Source: Squalus acanthias (lineage: Eukaryota). From it: DNA of 64,000 nucleotides. Both the position numbers and the translations under genes were made by a program. Of this stretch, positions 60,171-64,000 are shown one piece after another (the first letter of the stretch is position 1; each line of letters opens with the position of its first letter). The notes below the pieces were generated by a model, which searched no databases, had not been told where the DNA came from, and saw nothing but the letters and a program-made list of their open reading frames with translations. The stretch is taken from assembly GCA_030390025.1 (NCBI GenBank), contig CM059444.1:61938001-62002000 (forward strand). The letters run 5' to 3'.

Positions 60171-61611
60171 GCACAGGAGGTGATGGAGGTGGAATTAGTC
60201 GAAGTGGTGCTCGTAGCCAAACACTACCAACGTGCTTGTTGGACAACCCGACGGTTGAACTCCTTAAAGGCTCGTAAATGACCGTGACGCCCTCACACGT
60301 GGAGAAGAACGGTCACTTGGCTGAAGGTCCAGAAAGACTCTACCAGCTCCCTCTGGGACCCTGCCAGTCACCACCTTCAGATTGGAGCAAATAAAAACTA
60401 AAAAAAAAAGGATGGAGTATGAAATGAGGTCGCAAGCGGCAGTATCCAATGATTTCAGATCATCTCCTGCTAAATCATTTCTCGAGTCTCGCCTCAGCAC
60501 ACACTGCCTAGCAGTCGATCAATAGGGCTAGAGAACTTGGAATTTTTGCTGACAGTTAATGACCTCCTTCAGAGAGGAATCCGAACCCACTTTAAAGAAA
60601 ATGACAGCCATGTCAGAAGAGATTAAATGAATGATTCATGCCTTGAATCCATCAAGAGGAACATAAGCCCTGATAATAACGAACAACTATACAGTCACTC
60701 AGTGTAATGCGCTGTTACGGGACATTCTACAGGCTAAACAGCAATTATAGGTTATTTTTCTTTTAAAAAGTTTCTTTCACGACTTTCCTCTCCCCCCGCC
60801 AAACCCTTGCAAGAAAAAGAATTGCATTTATACAGCTCCTTTCACATCCCCATAGTGCTTCACAGCCAATGAATTATTTTTGAGGTGTGTTCACTGTTGT
60901 TTTGTGGGCAAACACAGCAGCCAATTTGCGCACAGCAAGGTCCCACGGACAACAACTGAGATGAAGCGACCAGTTAATCTTCTTGTGGTGACGTCGGCTG
61001 AGGGAAGACCAGGACACCGGGAGAGCCCACCTGGTCTTCCTCGAACGGGACTTCTTCACGCCCACTGGCGCAGGCAGAGGGGGTAGAGGTTTTGACGTCT
61101 CATCCGAAAGACGGCACCTCCGACAGTGCAGCACTCCCTCAGCACTGCACCGGAGCGTCAGCCTGGATTATGAGCTCAAGGTCCTTGAAGCCACAACCTC
61201 CTGCCTCAGAGTCAAGAGCGCTGCTGTGCTAACTGAGCCAAGCTGACACTGTAACTTGGGATGGGGAAAGGAGTGGTGGCAGAAGTGAAGGGGCATAAAC
61301 CAGGAAACCCTCCCAAGGCCTTTCTGGTGACAGCTGCTAGCAGTTGAGCGAGTGGCATTCTGGTGGGAATTTCAAAATTCTCGGAAAGGAGCGCTCATCA
61401 AAGTACGCCAGAAAAATCATGAGAGAGAGAGGAGGCAGGACATTCAGCCCATCTTCGCTTATGGGACTAATTGGATCGCTCTTTCAAAGAGCCGGCACAG
61501 GCACAACAGACCGAATGGCCTCCTTCTGTTCTATAAGTTTCTAATCTATGATTCTAAAGAAGGCATATATTTCTAGAGAGAGTGAGGGGGGGGGGGGGGG
61601 GGGGGGGGGGG

Positions 61612-61811
61612 NNNNNNNNNNNNNNNNNNNNNNNNNNNNNNNNNNNNNNNNNNNNNNNNNNNNNNNNNNNNNNNNNNNNNNNNNNNNNNNNNNNNNNNNN
61701 NNNNNNNNNNNNNNNNNNNNNNNNNNNNNNNNNNNNNNNNNNNNNNNNNNNNNNNNNNNNNNNNNNNNNNNNNNNNNNNNNNNNNNNNNNNNNNNNNNNN
61801 NNNNNNNNNNN
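61612..61811. other. Assembly gap (N run) after a poly-G tract
   Basis: N run. Confidence 1.
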
Positions 61812-61904
61812 CACCACCTCCTCAGGGCAACTCGTCATGTGGGCATAATGGCCGGCCTTGCCAGCCACGCCCACATCAAGAAAATTAATCATTTTTTTTA
61901 TTAA

Positions 61905-62420
61905 ATCAAAAATCTAGGCTGACACTCGCAGTGCAGTGCTGAGGGAGTGCTGCACTGTCGGAGGTGCCGTCTTTCGGATGAGACGTTAAACCGTCTGCTC
62001 TCTCAGGTGGATGTAAAAGATCCCATGGCACTATTTCGAAGTCACAAGCTTTCGGAGCTATCGAAAGCTTGTGATTTCAAATAAAACTGTTGGACTATAA
62101 CCTGGTGTTGTGCGACCTCTCAATTTTGTCCACCCCAGTCCAACACCGGCATCTCCGCATCATGACTATTTCGAAGAGCAGAGGAGTTCTCCCCGGTGTC
62201 CTGGGGCCAATATTTATCCCTCAAACAACATCACTAAAAACAGATTATCTGGTCATTATCACATTGCTGTTTGTGGGAGCTTGCTGTGCACAAATTGGCT
62301 GCTGCGTTTCCTACATTACAACAGTAACTACACTTCAAAAAAAAAGTACTTCATTGGCTGTCGAGGCTTTGGGACGTCCGGTGGTCGTGAAAGGCGCTGT
62401 AGAAATGCAAGTCTTTCTTT
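61905..62420 (+). mobile_element. Deu-domain SINE interrupted by fold-back element copy 4
   Basis: SINE body is split at ACTATTTCGAAG. Confidence 0.85.
62042..62164 (+). mobile_element. Fold-back Penelope-like terminal element, copy 4 (short arm)
   Basis: 13-nt inverted arm TCACAAGCTTTCG/CGAAAGCTTGTGA plus the family 3' end. 12-bp TSD ACTATTTCGAAG (62030-62041, 62165-62176). Confidence 0.8.
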
Positions 62421-64000
62421 CTTACAAAAAAAAACTCCATGAAAGCATACCTCCAACAAGGAGTCAAAGAGCCAAAAGCTAAGGTGTTTTTTTTTTACAT
62501 AAAAATAAGCCGCTAAGGAGTTAATTCTGCACCTCTACCCCTCCCCCTCCCTCTCTCAGCTCACGAGAGGCAAAGATGCAACTCTGCTCCACTTCCCCTA
62601 TTTCACTGCTTCCCATCAATCAGCAAGAGAGACTTTCACGTTTCACACGACCAAATAATAAAGTAAGGGAATCATCTCCATTACCAGTTACTCCCTTTTC
62701 ATTCTTGATTTAAGTGACAGGATACAAATATGAGTTAACAGATTAAAAGTATGTGTTGCGCCCTGACCCACATTTTGCAGCAAAGCGCAGAAGGTAACCC
62801 GATGGAGAGACTCATTAAAGCTGCATTAGAAATGAAAGCCTACTATCAGGAGGGTTTTATAATATGATCCAATTAAAAGTGCAACTGGGCAAGGATGTTG
62901 ATGAATTACCGCTCCGTCGGAAGGGGACGATCCACGTCGAGTGGCTGCACTCGAGGGGCTGACTCCAACAAATAGAAAATGAGGAGGGCAACGCAATCAG
63001 CCTTCCTCAAATCAACACACCATCAGCAACTGTGTCCTCCTCCCCGCACCCCACACCCGCCCAACCGCAGGGACCCGCGCTTGCGGAGGTACAGGACCAG
63101 CTACCCTCCCGAGCAGCCACACAGGTGCCTAGACGTTAAAGAAAAGGAAGGAAAAAAAGAAAAGAAAGCAAGCAAGAAAAGACTTGCATTTCTACAGCGC
63201 CTTTCATGACCTGAGGATGTCCCAAAGCGTTTTACAGCCAATGAAGTACTTTTTGAAGTGTAGTCACTGTTGTGATGTAGGAAACGCGGCAGCCAATTTG
63301 CGCACAGCAAGCTCCCACACACAGCAATGTGACAATGATCAGATAATCTGTTTTAATTATGTTGATTGAGCAATTAATATGGTCCAGGACATCAGGGGAG
63401 AACTCCCCTGCCCTTCTACGAAATAATGCCTTTTACATCCACCTGAGCGCGCAGACGGGGCCTCGGTTTAATGTCTCATCCGAAAGACCGGATAATATGT
63501 TTTTTTAGTGACGTTGGTTGAGGGATAAATATTGGCCCGGGACACCGGGGAGAACTCCCCCTGCTCTTCTTCGAAATAGAGCCGTGGGATCTTTGACGTC
63601 CAGCTCAAGAGAGCTCAAGATGATAGCTTTTACTGTCTTGTAACTCACTGGATGTGCCATGGTGGGCTGAATGGCCTTCTTTATCTGGATGTATCTTGTG
63701 ACAGTGCTCCTGTATTTTAAGGAAACTGAATTTTTTTTTAAGATACCAGTCCTTTTAATCTCACAAGCGTTTCAAATTAAAGTAAGGTCACGTGTCACCG
63801 GATCTCACAGGACAGGACCTCTGGTGTGCAAGGCCTCGAGTTAGCAGATGGTAGATATTATGGGGTGATGAATAACGCACACTTCTCTCTCAACTCAGCA
63901 CTCAACGGTGTCAGATGATTAGCCAGCAGTTCTGCTCTCTCTGTTTCACTTCTTTCCTTCCTCGACTGAGGCACAGCTCAACAACCCGCAAGCTTGGTTA

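Overview
Eukaryotic (vertebrate) genomic DNA, most likely a cartilaginous fish (inferred from the repeat families). The window is the interior of a large minus-strand class-A plexin gene, best matching PLXNA1. Nine GT-AG exons (53240 down to 10371) splice in phase into a 1350-nt, 450-codon segment covering the end of an IPT domain, the third PSI domain and the following IPT/TIG domains. The Sema, transmembrane and GAP exons are not visible here. The introns are dense with decayed CR1, L2 and CR1-Zenon-like LINE fragments, about 15 Deu-domain (SacSINE1-like) SINEs, hAT, Tigger and Harbinger-type MITEs, several minisatellites and three N-gaps. Three signals stand out. (1) A four-copy family of roughly 120-230-bp fold-back insertions with 11-13-bp TSDs carries minimal hammerhead-ribozyme motifs of the Penelope type. 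(2) The same 33-bp unit has expanded repeatedly inside the Deu-SINE. (3) A 67-bp satellite appears to be amplified from inside an LF-SINE-like element. Nearly all listed ORFs are repeat-derived or spurious. Family names and consensus comparisons are from memory, not from database searches, and repeat boundaries are approximate unless a TSD or TIR fixes them.
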